DNA from: Callorhinchus milii | Lineage: Eukaryota | Direction: 5' to 3' | NCBI RefSeq assembly: GCF_018977255.1 | Contig: NW_024704742.1 | Location: 102,426,001 to 102,490,000 of the forward strand | DNA: 64,000 bases | Shown: positions 50,300 through 61,860 of the stretch, in pieces | Numbering within the stretch: the stretch's first letter is position 1 | Layout of the letters: every line of letters begins with the position of its first letter | Position numbers and translations under genes: made by a program | The notes under the pieces: generated by a model | What the model saw: the letters and a program-made list of their open reading frames with translations, nothing else | Database searches by the model: none | Told to the model about the DNA's origin: nothing

Positions 50300-50497
50300 G
50301 CAGGCCTTCACAGTGGCCAGGGATATTGACTGCGATTCAGATTGTTTGAATCCCGAGAGCAAATAAGTCATCTTCTGCTTGCAGGATTCAAACTATTACA
50401 ATTTTTGAAAAATGCAAGTAAATCATTGCAATTGCACTTCGCTGAAAATTCTGGTTTGCCGTATCTCTTCACACCCACCCCCCACCACCACCACCCC
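50300..50497 (+). repeat. Unnamed dispersed repeat with internal hairpin (copy 2)
   Basis: Homologous to the reverse complement of 23248-23448; GTTTGAATCC (50344-50353) pairs with GGATTCAAAC (50384-50393). Confidence 0.8.
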
Positions 50498-51409
50498 ATT
50501 AGTCCAGCCAGATGGGATTTAAGAGTATTTATGTAGCGTGTTCAGAATTTTACAAATTGTTGGATTCATTTTTAATGTTAAAGTTCATTTTCTGTACTTT
50601 TCAAAGAATCTTATAGGAAAACTAAAACATTACGTTTGATAGAGTAATGCACCCAGGTAGAATAGTAGAACAGAAATGAGGTAGGGAGTGGAAGGGCAGC
50701 AGGAAGGTGAACTGAAAAGTTGAGCAGAAGTGGGAAGTAGAGGTTATTCTAGTTTGCAAAAAAAACGTATTCAGTAAATCCCATCATGTTCTCGTGGCTA
50801 TGGACTTAATATACCTTCCAGTTGGACATTATCAAATCCTCAACTGTCTGGCAGCTTAAGATGCCTTCCGAAGTGAAAGGCACTATATAAACTCAATTTG
50901 TTGTTGTTGTGTCAGAAATGCAGCTGGTTTCAATCTCTTTAATAAAGGTATCTAAAGTTTGGAGGAGTAAAGCTGTGTTAGAGATTCCCATGAGAGCCCC
51001 AAACCTCCAGCAGTGAAACAAAGTGGCTCCAAATGAGACACATTGAAAAGAGGTTGGTGGAAAGGCCATGTGGCACTCTGCTGCTATCAGGCTTGCCAAC
51101 CACTTTGTGGCTGCTCACTGAACATCAAGGTCACCTCTACTGACAAAGCTATTAACATTAATGGCACAAGAATGACCACAAACACCTCACAATACAGCGT
51201 GCTACACAGAAACAAACAGACAAGATTAGTCTTATTTTTGTTTCCTTTCTGTACAAGAGAAAAATGCAAACCTTGATTTTTTTTAAAAAATGAAATATTT
51301 TTAGATTATATACAAACAAATTTACTGATTTTTCGATGTAGTTCCTGTCTGCTTCCATCGTGTGCAGCGGGCGGCTGGAATTTGAAACCAACCATTGTGT
51401 GCCACAGTC

Positions 51410-51600
51410 GTCAGCACTCTCACCTCAAAGTCTCAAATTTGGGGGTTAAAGTCCCATGTCGGACTTGAAACACAGTTGGTCTGGGCTGATACTCCAGCAC
51501 AATGCTGAGAGAGTCATTCACTCCATGGCTGCTTGTGGGACATTGCTATGTGTAATTGGTTACTGTGTTTCATCCAAAAATACACAGTCACACCACTTTG
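51410..51600 (+). mobile_element. Deu-domain SINE (family B), internally deleted
   Basis: AGCACTCTCACCTC...GGGTTAAAGTCCCA...GGCTGATACTCCAG then ATGGCTGCTTGTGGGACATTGCT. Confidence 0.6.
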
Positions 51601-52674
51601 TTACTGGAGGAAAGCCAATGCCAGCAGCTTAAGATGTCTTCCGAAGTGAAAGGCACTACCTTATGGAGGGGAGTGGAAAAAAGGAGAGGAATCAAGCAAA
51701 ATATCCTCACTATCGGGAATTGTGTGAGCTTGATAAGGATTATTAACTCTTGGTTCAAATAATCCTCTCGAAGCTATCAGTTTACATTAGATTTACTCAG
51801 TGTTGCACGTTACCTAATTGCGACTAAGTCAAACTCTGGCTCCAAACAGCACTTCAATCATGACAAGCTGTTGTTGATCCAGCCAATAAGTTCTCCTTTA
51901 TTGCTTCATTGTGCTTTTGTGTTCAGTGATATATAGCGTAACCGTAACGCTATCTCACACATAGTAAATTTAGTTTAGTGTTAAGATCCCTCCCTCTCCC
52001 TCAGCCAAACTAAGGGGTGAAACAAAATCCCCATTTCTCCTCGCACTGCAGAATTGTAACTCGCTATGAAGCTGAAATGGATGAGAGTCATTTATTCTGA
52101 ACACAAACTTCCCTTCTTCCTCCTCGAAGTTTCCTAGAGCCGTAGAGCTGGAGGTTCACAATAGGCTGGCCTAACACTTGATGTAAGACTCCTTATTTTT
52201 AGCTGTAAATCAAATGTCAGAATATGCATTGTGCAGGTAATTTAATGCTGACTCGGGACAGACCTCACTGTAAACCCTGGGGAACTGTTTTTAGTTCAGG
52301 TCACCTCAATTTGAACTGAAAACGACCCACAACCCCTTTGATTTATTGGGCTGGTTGCCCTCAGAACACTGAGGGCCAGTTCTACAGGGTTTAGAGTATA
52401 AACGGAGCTAATAAGAGCTGGTCTCATCCAAGGACCAGGAATGGATGATTGGTATTGTAGTCTGCAGTCTTGCTGCTCTTAAACCACCTTTAGGGACAAT
52501 GCTGTGAAATGGAAATCAAGCTTAGTCTAACATTTAGAAGGGAAGTATTCAGGCTTGGCCTTGGGCTCCACTATTGTTAAGCGCTCTGAGACACGTAGAG
52601 AGTGCTATATAAGTGTAAGTTGTTGTTGTTGAATTGGGTAAATACTTGAGAAAATATAATATTAAATATAATAT

Positions 52675-53106
52675 TTCTTCCACCTCCCTCTCTTCTGTGA
52701 CCATCACCAATCATTTTGGTCTCAGACATACCTTCTCTCTCCCTGATCTGCCCGTTTTTGTTGCAAGCTCTTTCCCACCCCTCCTTTTTGTTTTGCAGTA
52801 TTAACCCCTCTATTCACCTGCTTTGTTGCAATCCCCCCCCTTTGTTCTGCATCATTAACATCTGTAACCCATCACCCCCTGTCCTCTACCCCACTTTCTC
52901 TTTTGTCTTCCTTGCCCTGCCTCCCCCTCTCTGTTAGCCCTTAAAAGCTTCTCCCTCCCAAAATGCCCCAGTTCTGACGAAGGATCGTGGACCCGAAATG
53001 TTGACCCACTTTCCTTTCTCCATAGATGCTGCCTGACCTGCTGAATGTTCCCAGCGACTTCTGTTTTTGTTTTCAGATTTCCAGCATCTGCAGTATTTTG
53101 TGTTTG
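52675..53106 (+). mobile_element. Penelope-like retroelement terminal fragment
   Basis: C/T-rich run, then CAGTTCTGACGAAGG...GAAATGTTGAC...CATAGATGCTGCCTGACCTGCTGAATGTTCCCAGC...TTCAGATTTCCAGCATCTGCAGTATTTTG, the end sequence I recall from chondrichthyan Penelope-type repeats. Confidence 0.75.
52969..53006 (+). ncRNA. Putative minimal type I hammerhead ribozyme motif (decayed)
   Basis: AGTT-CTGACGA-A-GGATC-GTG-GACCC-GAAA-TG-TT-GACC: intact CUGANGA and GAAA, stem II with one mismatch. Confidence 0.6.
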
Positions 53107-53163
53107 GATAATATTAAAGGGTATGGGGAAAAGTAATGGAAGATGTACTGTGGCGACCAGAAC

Positions 53164-53706
53164 TGTGTACAGTTCTGGTCGCCACAGTACAAAAACGATA
53201 TTTAAGAAATCGAGAAGATACAGAGGAGGGCAACCAAAATGATTGAGGAATTGGAAGGACTGGACTATGAGGAGAGACTAAGTAAATTGGGCAGGTTCAC
53301 GCTGGAAAAGAGAAGATTGAGAGGTGACATGATTGCTCTCTTTAGATTCTAAAGGGACAAGACAATATAGATCATGACAGGCTGTTTCAATTTGTCCAGA
53401 ATAGTAAAATCAGAGGACACGGCCTGCGATTGAAGGAGTAAATTCAGAATGAATCTATGCAAACACTTATTTCAGTGAGCAAATAGTGAACCTGTAGAAC
53501 AGGCTTTCTAGGGAGACGGTTGAAGCAGGAAGTGTTGATTCTTTCAAACGCAGATTAGATAGTTTTCTTTTAGGAAATAACATTATGGGATATAGTACAT
53601 AGGTAGTTTGGGACATACATGCATGCGAGCACCAGGAAGGTGGAAGGCGAACTAGATGGACCTTGGGCTTTTTCGTCCAACATTTCTTATGTTCTTATGT
53701 TCTTAT
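53164..53706 (+). mobile_element. CR1 LINE, 5'-truncated
   Basis: CVQFWSPQY...EKIQRRATKMIEELEGLDYEERLSKLGRFTLEKRRLRGDMI; ends in (TTCTTATG)n. Confidence 0.93.
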
Positions 53707-53899
53707 ATTAGAGCAGATGGCTTCAGTGGGAGAGCTGACTTAATGGAGAGAAAATCCCCCTGTGCTGACAACCCTCAATGATTCATTCCTCAGACTGACC
53801 ACCATAAAATATTAAGCAAAATGATGGAGCCTATTTGATTATAATTTTTATTTCATTGGCTATTTGGGGTGGGGGGATGGGAGAAGTGTAGCTGTCAAA

Positions 53900-54195
53900 T
53901 CTCGTGTAATGTCTTTGTGGTCTATAGGCAAAAACAGTGGACAATTTATGCGCAGCAATATCTCATAAATAACCATGAAGTAAATGACCAATTCTTGGCT
54001 AGGACATGGGAAGGAATTCCCTACTCTTTTTGAAAAGTGTCATGGGATTGTTAGTGTTCACTGAATGGGGAGATAGGACATTTGTTTAATGTCTCATCTG
54101 AACGATGACATCTATCAAATCACAGCACTCCCTCAACATTGCATTGGATTGCACTGTGAGCTCAAAGTCCAATCCTGAAATGAGGCTTGAACCGT
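53900..54195 (-). mobile_element. Deu-domain SINE (family B), degraded
   Basis: AGTGTCATGGGATTG...TTTAATGTCTCATCTGAA...CAGCACTCCCTCAACATTGCATTGGA...GGCTTGAACC. Confidence 0.65.
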
Positions 54196-55699
54196 TTTAA
54201 ATCTCAACACATATGAAGAAGGACAGACAGACAGACAAAAGCATTACTTGTGGGATAAACAGAATGATTGTTGGATAGGGGACAGAATAATATGAATTAT
54301 AGTTACACTCACAAAAATGATTAGGTATTCTCTGAAGATGCTGCCAGAGTTACTTAATATTTCTTTACAACGGGGGAGTCTCCAATTGTAAATAGTCAGT
54401 CGCAGGTTCTTGGTTCCTCTGGTAACTGTGATTATTCTTTTCCTATTTTTCATTGAACCATCTTAGCAGTTGTTTCAACTGTTAGAGCTGTCTTATCAGA
54501 AAAACAATTACCTTAGTTTAGAGTGTTGCTCAACATCAGAAATTGTGAGGTAGATTTGCAGTACACTACAGGAAAGGAGAGCTCTGTGTGGTTTATATTC
54601 TAGCCATCCCTCTGGTGCATACTTGAGGCCCCAAATGCCTTGGTTTCCTCCAATCTGTGCCTGTATTCATATGCAACAACAACAACTTGCATTTGTGAAG
54701 TGCCTTCTCCCAATGCTTAAATGTGCAAATGAAATTTGCTTCTCTCTGAAGGGAGAGATTGCAGGTTCCAGAAGTAACAAACAGAAACACTGCGTCTCTG
54801 AATTTTCAGTCACTGGAATTGGATACTCTTAAGCATGACATAGTTACGAAACAAAAACAAACATTTGGAGAACGTTGGAATCCTGGCACATCTCTTTCCC
54901 ACCACTATTTCTGTTTGATGGGTATGTATGAAAGGAAAACACTAGGCTCCAAACAACCTGGATCCACAAGGAGCCTGGAGAACAGACTGAGGAAAGAGGT
55001 TGTAAAGGATTATTTATTTCAGTGAGAGGTACAAGATCCAAATTGACCTGACAGCCCTTGCAAATGTTTAGATATTTGAACTGTTACATATGGCTTTGGT
55101 GCTAAACATTTTTTTTGCAAACTGCAAAAAGAAGACTGTGGTAATCCTGTAATCCCAAATTTACACATTTACCAAGTGCCTTGGGTATATTAGTGCAAGT
55201 GTGTGTGTGTGGGCGCATGGGGAGAGCTGCAATAAAACTCTAGTGGTCCTCTTTACCATCGCTCACATGTTAAAGCATAAAAGCATTACAATATTTTCAC
55301 GCATTAAGCTGACTATCTCTTCACCTGTTTTCAATTGCTAAACATAACACTGGAGGTGGGAGGGCAGTGAGCTGTGTGTTAGAGTGTGTGGATTTCGGTC
55401 TCGCCTTAGTCAGTGTTACAATGCTGACAATGTAGTCCAAACATAGTAAAGTAAATTGCATTCTTCAGTGCAGAAGTTGTGTGAACAGTTATAGAAGTTG
55501 TGTTTAGTATATCCCTGTTCTGTTTTGATTCTGCGTCCACTTTCTGTCCCCCATCACCTCTCTCTTTCTCTCTCTCTCTCTCCTCACTCGTGAACAAATG
55601 CATTCCTGGCTGTGGATCTGTTGTACTGCAGCACACATGCAACTGTGACTCGTTATATTTCACCAAACATGTATCTGTAGTTCTGTCACATAGGTGCCA

Positions 55700-56585
55700 G
55701 CTTGATTTAGGGTCAGAAGGCTGTGGGTTCAGGCCCCATATGAAGATTTGAGTTTATAGTCTAGGACAGGGGATCTCAAGCTTTCACAGTGAGCCTCCAT
55801 AAGCCAAGAAAAAAATAACTGCACCTCCCACAGTTCACCAAGACAACACAAAGAAGTGAAAATCCCATATTCCACAACAATATGAGCAACAAAGGAGAAC
55901 AGCTCCAATTGATACAATTACAATAAGAGTATGAGCATCACAAGCACCAATTTTACTTCGCAAATCAGCCTCTGTGCTATCCCACTGCTCTGCCCAAAAA
56001 GAACACAAATCACAGCAACCAAAACAAAACTGCACAAACACTCCAGAAAATCACAGCACCAAACATCTACAGGCCATCAGTACAACATACATCTTTCCCA
56101 ACCCCATCAGTGGGAGGAGTGAGTGGGATTCGGGGTTGCAGTGTAAAAAGGTAGAGGTGGTGTTTGGTTGTTGCGGGGCCTGGCTGTGAGGACAGCCTCA
56201 CAAAATCGGACACTGTTGGGAGGCACGTAACCGGCACCTCCCTGGGACCACAGTTTGAGAACCTCTGGTCTAGGATGACATGCCAGATCAGGTTGACACA
56301 TTGTAATTGGTGTTGTCCTTTATATGAGATGTTAAACTGAAGTCTCATCTGCCTGTTCTTCAGGTGACCATTAAAGATCCCATTACACTATTCAAAATTT
56401 CACCCAGTGGCCTGGACAACAATGATCCAGATAAATTGGTCATTCATGGCTCATGGCTGTATGTGGGACTTTGCTGTTTGCAAAGCATTTGCTGCATTTG
56501 TCTACAAAAGCAATCACTACACTTGCGAGTAATTACTCATGAAGCCCTTTGAAACGTTTTGACATGTTAAGGCACTTTAATGCAT
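55700..56585 (+). mobile_element. Deu-domain SINE split by a hAT insertion
   Basis: Head GTCAGAAGGCTGTGGGTTCAGGCCCCA...ATAGTCTAGG before 55767; Deu core ATGAGATGTTAAACTGAAG...CAGGTGACCATTAAAGATCCCAT after 56275. Confidence 0.75.
55767..56267. mobile_element. Non-autonomous hAT (Charlie-like) DNA transposon, 501 bp
   Basis: TIRs CAGGGGATCTCAAGCT / AGTTTGAGAACCTCTG (13 of 16 match); exact 8-bp TSD GTCTAGGA at 55759-55766 and 56268-56275. Confidence 0.9.
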
Positions 56586-58342
56586 ATTTTTTTGGCCTGA
56601 TGCAGCACAAACCAGGCTGAGACCAGCTGTGATGCAGCACAGTATAAGTAAGTATGTGGCTAACAAGAATCAAATACAAACAACTCAAAGACAGATTCCC
56701 CTTCCAGGCACCTTATAAAATCTAAAATAAAATAAATAAAAAGTGGAGAATCTGCATTCTCATCTCAAACATCAGGTGTTTTGTACTCCAGGAGAGGGTC
56801 AAGGTGACTTGAATAATTTACCACATAAGAAATTTGAAATCAGTTTTCCTCCTTTAAACAGCCCCAGATGAAGCAATTTTAAACATTATTTGAATATTGT
56901 TCATTCCAACAACCAATATTACATCTAGGTTGTGGATTGATTTTAGATGGACTAAGGCACACTGTAAAGGCAGCAATTAACCTGAAGTATTACACATTAA
57001 ACTGACCATATTTCTGGATTAAACCTGTGCTGGATTCTTTAATCCAACCAATAGATAATTACTAGAAACCCTTTCCCTTCACTTGAAAGCTTTATTGCCA
57101 CTGACATAGAATTAACCTCCCCACTGTTCAATCATTAAAATGTAGCTGGAATGTAAATTAATTGTTGATGGGCCACATGAGTGGTGACAAATAGTAAAAT
57201 AGATAATTGATACCCCTCAAATTAAATTATTGAATTGAAAAATACTCAGTACACAGACTTATGAAAGCAACGCTGTTATGATTGTCTATGATAGAAGACT
57301 TTCTTATTATTTTTTCAACCCCCCCCACCACTCTAATTTCTTGCCATCCTATCCTTAAGGCACTGACTTGTGTTGAGATACATTTCCACAGCCTCCAGCT
57401 GCCCTCTGGCACCTTGCATATGTGGACTTTCTTCACATGTGGCTGCAGATAGACCTCACCTCCCCTCAAGGCACCAACTCTTCTTTGTAGTACAGTTCCA
57501 TGAGCCCTTCAGTGTCTCACTCAAGTGATCTTTGATCACTTGTCAGCCTGGATAGTTAGTATTGGGAGACATTTGCCAGCGAAGGGTATCATAACCAAAT
57601 CCTATTCTGATCTCACATGATGAGGCCTACATTGTCTAAATTATAGCCGGCATCTCGAACGCTAACTTAACAGAAGTTGGAACTGAGACTAACTGTGAAT
57701 CCTTCTGCAAATCCCGCAATTTATATCCCAATGTCTTTTAACTTTGCAAGAGGGAAATTGTGATTAACCATCAATGGCATGTCCTCCCAACATGAAAAGC
57801 GCTAGACAAAGGTAATTTTGTATTTTGTAATAGCAGGAACCCATGGTTGTTCTGTATCTTAGCCCAAAGGAGCTTCTGCTGCCTGGCTAAAACCAGTGCA
57901 GATCACAATCAAACATTTGGTCTGGATGGCCTAGTGCTATATCAAATGCAAGGATTATTATTATTATTATTATTAGACCAGCCAGTGTCTTTACTCTGGG
58001 AACCAGCAGGGAACTGAGAGTCATGCTTGCATCCATATGACACTCACTCCATAACTGTCTATAATTCTTTGATTGAAAGGAGCCAAAAAAGGACTGCTAA
58101 AAATACATATTGAAAATAATTCTGAAGTGTGGATGTGATGCTGCCATGATTTGATTGAGACAGATGCTAACAATTCATTGAATGATAGATGTAAGTGATC
58201 CCACATTCTTTCAAGAATGGTTCTGGTTACCTCTTGTGCTGTGCTCTTATCCGCTGAAAGTGAGACCCAGCTGTACATTTTCAGATACAAACACACATCC
58301 TTAAAGGAATGACTGAATAGTAATAACATGCTTATGCTGAAA

Positions 58343-58690
58343 ATAATAATAATAATCCTTGTATTTGATATACTGTTGTGCCTTTCATGCTGGTGAACAT
58401 GTCAAAGTGCTTCACAGGATTTACTGTAAAATGCAGTGTCTGTATATTTTAAACAACCAGCCAATTTGTACACACCATGGTTCCACAAACAGCCGTAAAC
58501 ACCAACTTGCATTGATATAACACCGTTCACTCTCGGAGCACTGAAGTGAATCACCAAATTTATCTGGGGGATTGTTGACCAGGATGCCGGGAGAAACTTC
58601 CTTCTCTTTCTTATTAGTGCTATAGAATCTTTAATGTCCATCTGAACAGGCAGACAAGACCTTAGCTTAATGTCTCATCCGAAGGATGGA
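58343..58690 (-). mobile_element. Deu-domain SINE (family B) 3' two-thirds
   Basis: ATCTTTAATGTCCATCTGAACAGGCAGAC...TTAATGTCTCATCCGAAG core; (ATT)n tail at the left end. Confidence 0.8.
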
Positions 58691-59706
58691 TTCCTTGTGC
58701 TCATACTGAAACCAGGCCAGTGAATTTAGTTGTGCTGAAGGCTTTCTGTGTCTCTGGCACCACTGGGTCCTGTGCTTCAGTCGGATGACCCATCCTCATT
58801 CTGTAGTACAGCATACTCAATCGTCTGTTACTGCTTCAATTTCTGCCCTTAGGAAAAGCACAGATGGGTTCCACTGAACCAGTATTTTGATACTGTCCAG
58901 TGAATGAACCGAGTCATTACATTAAGGAGCATAAACACTGGTTTAGTGTGTACAGCCTAGATCAGGACAGTCTGAATTGCATTTGATCTCCAGAGAGAGA
59001 CCAACTTTCTCACTGTGTGCCCTTGTTTTATACCCAGTCTATTCAGACCTCCTGCAATGTTTCCCACTTTACCTGAGAGGGCAAGAAACTCAGAAAGTCT
59101 CCAAGACGTTTCTGCCAGTACTGCCCTGAACTCAATAAAGCGCTGTCTTTAACAACCAGTTTGAGAGTCAGTGAGTCTCAACGAATGCCGCACCAAACAT
59201 GTATGTCAGTTGTGGATGCCATTTAGTGTTGGACCCTCCGGCTGAGAGTGCAGTTCTGTATCACTTAAATTACCGGCTGCCTGTGACTGCAGTCTTTGTG
59301 TTTCCTCTCACCCTCTTCCGTAGAACTGTTTTGATAATGTAATACAAGAGGCTTGCTTGTCTGTTAGAAATCAGTTTCTATAAACAACATTAAGTCATTC
59401 AATCACTTACTTAATGTCGTGTAAACTTCCATTTGTTAATGGAGTATAGCGTTTCCCCAGCCTTGGCCTCAGGTTTACATCAAGGAGCTGATCAGCGCTT
59501 TAACATGACCAGCGCCCAAGTCATCTTGCCCTTAGCTTGAGGGTCAAGCTGTGGACTTGAACAAATAGATTCTGTATTGTTGGCCTCCATGGTTCACTAA
59601 AATTTCAGTTAGGAAAACTGAACTAATTCAATCCCCATTGCAAAGAACATATTGTTTAAACAGATTGCTTTCACCCATTATGATTGGACTGGTGGCTATT
59701 GTAGAG

Positions 59707-60041
59707 GTGGAGTCCTGTAGCTCAGTGGTTAGAGCACTCGCTTTGCAAGCGAGAGACCTGAGTTCAATTCCAGGCAGGGCGAAACCTTGGGCAAGTTTCC
59801 TTACTCCACACGCCTAATAATAATCCCTCCAAAAAAACAAAAATAATAATAAATTGGTCATTTTCAATCTACGACTGTTTGTGGGACATTGCTGTGCGCA
59901 ATTGGCTGCCGCGTTTGCCCACAAATATACAGTCAATTCACTTTACAGTGTGTTCTGTGAAGCGCTTTGGGACGTCCTCCCGACGTGAAAAGCGCTATAT
60001 CAAATGCAAGGATTATTATTATTATTATTATTATTATTATT
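59707..60041 (+). mobile_element. SINE family A, short subtype, full length and young
   Basis: A box TAGCTCAGTGG; arm CTCGC-TTTGCAA-GCGAG (anticodon TGC, Ala); B box; tail AGCGCTTTGGGACGTC-CTCCC-GACGTGAAAAGCGCT; (ATT)10. Confidence 0.96.
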
Positions 60042-60309
60042 GCCCAAAGCTGAAGTATTATATAAGACAAGTACTGTAGATGTCTACACAGTTTATTGGG
60101 TCTTAATGAGCCATAAGAGCAGGTTGTGCATAGCCCTAAGAAGAAGTATTTCCACCTGATTCTTAACTTTATTTAGAACTGATTTATAAAAGAAACTCCC
60201 GAGTGTTAAAGAGGTACCTTCTTCACGGAAAAAAAACATTTGACAAACTCAATGATTTGACTTATAACTCAATTTGTTTTGGCAGATTTTGCTCTACAAT
60301 CTATTCCCT

Positions 60310-60720
60310 TTCCACCTTCTTTCTTAATAGCATTCTGACTCCTTTGCTCCCTTTTACTGGGCTATGGTTCAACATGAATTAAGTGCCTCCCAAAACCCTG
60401 CCCAAGTAACCATCATTCATGTGTGAGCCTCTGAGTTTCGGCAGGCTGTTCAGCCTCAGATTGAGGACTGGTTATCCAATACGTGTGCAGTATACTAAAT
60501 GTTTCAGATTTATAGTTTATATTAACAATTACATTCTATCCCAATATATACAATTGACTGGAGCCTGATCCTAAGTTCACCCAACATCCACAAGCGCACA
60601 CTCTCCAGTAGGGGCGTGTGATGAATAACAATCAAGAGTGACAACCCCAGCTGATTTTTTTTGTCCTCTCAATCAGGAGTAACGCAGGCGACACAAACTG
60701 CCAGCACAAGCTGAGTGCAA
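60310..60720 (-). mobile_element. Old SINE family C body, degraded and interrupted
   Basis: GCCCAAGTAACCATCATTCATGTGTGAGCCT...GGCAGGCTGTTC...GCCTGATCCT...CACCCAACATCCAC...CCCCAGCTGATTTT; similar text near 42540-42740 and 57480-57620. Confidence 0.5.
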
Positions 60721-60754
60721 AACGTACCTCTGGTAGTGAATTATTAGTTCAATT

Positions 60755-61061
60755 GTGGAGTCCTATAGCTCAGTGGTTAGAATACTTGCCTCACAAGTGA
60801 GAAACCAAGGTTCATTTCCCAGCCGGGTGAAACCTTAGGCAAGTTTCCTTACTCCACACGCCTGATAATAATCCCTCAAGAAAAAAAACAATAATAAATT
60901 GTTCACTTCAATCCACGACTGTTTGTGGGACCCTGCTGTGCACAATTGGCTGCCGCGTTTCGCTCACAAATATACAGTCAATTCACTTTACAATATATTC
61001 TGTGAAGCGCTTTGAGACATCTAGATGACGTGAAAAGCTCTCTATCAAATGCAAGGATTAT
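60755..61061 (+). mobile_element. SINE family A, short subtype
   Basis: Complete head to tail; tail loop TAGAT. Confidence 0.92.
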
Positions 61062-61783
61062 AATTGTGTTCTGCACTCAGTGTGGAGCATACCAAGTCTA
61101 TACTGTGGAGCCTTCATTCAAATTGCCAATGCAGTGTTCCCCAAACACTGTATTGGAATGTCTGCCAAGACTATGGGCTATAATGCCCGATGTCCTCATC
61201 GCAGAGGGCATCCAGTATTCACCATCAAAGTTCATACATGAATGATGAATAATAGGCAAGCTAGCAAAGTTAGAGTGTGATGCATGAACTCCAGTAGAAG
61301 GAGGAAAAAGTTAGAGGGGTTCAGGAGGGAGAAAATTGAAGAACACAACTTCCAACAAGTTTGATATATGTTCAGCAGTGATATATATCTGGCAACTCAC
61401 AGTGATAGATATATCGTACCCCTCCCCCTTTGTTAGTGATTTTGCATGGAGTGTTATCTTTGCTATGTATGTGCCGATATTTTCTCTGTTCAAACCGGTA
61501 GGTTGTTTATACTTACTTGACACAAATCTCTCATTTGGAACAATTCCAAGGTCAGGAGGTGGGAAGTTTTATTCTACTTTGTGATCAGAGAAAATAAGGC
61601 CATACTCTCTGTACTGAGCTATTTAAAATGTATCAACTACCGATTTGTAACAAATGCTGATTAATAGTTGTTGGTAGAGTCAGGGTTATAGACTCAAGGT
61701 TCCTGTGTCTCCATTACATTCTCTTCATCTATTGAACTAGAATAAAACAGAAAATCTGCTGCCACCTTCACATTATCAACTGT

Positions 61784-61860
61784 GGGGTGAAATTTGAGAC
61801 ATTTTACGAAATGGCATTTTATGCTATAATGGCGTAATGAAATGTTACAAATTTCACCCT
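61784..61860. mobile_element. Tiny MITE-like element with GGG-starting TIRs
   Basis: GGGTGAAATTTGAGACATTT and AAATGTTACAAATTTCACCC are inverted (18 of 20 match). Confidence 0.65.

Noticed and set aside
50850..51658. Near-identical 37-bp segments at about 50851 and 51624, LTR-like at first sight
   Set aside because: Both are L2-type tail sequence (GATGYCTTCCGAAGTGAAAGGCACTA) with no LTR-element hallmarks.
54759..55025. 88-aa ORF containing AG...GT sites
   Set aside because: No recognisable homology or partner exons; cannot be supported.
58021..58329. 102-aa minus-strand ORF with a KSTAQEVTRTIL segment reminiscent of Ras-association domains
   Set aside because: Similarity limited to a few residues and no convincing exon boundaries.
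59707..59785. Apparent tRNA-Ala(TGC) gene, and similar heads in other copies
   Set aside because: No proper acceptor stem; it runs into a SINE body and L2-type tail and recurs many times, so it is a SINE head.
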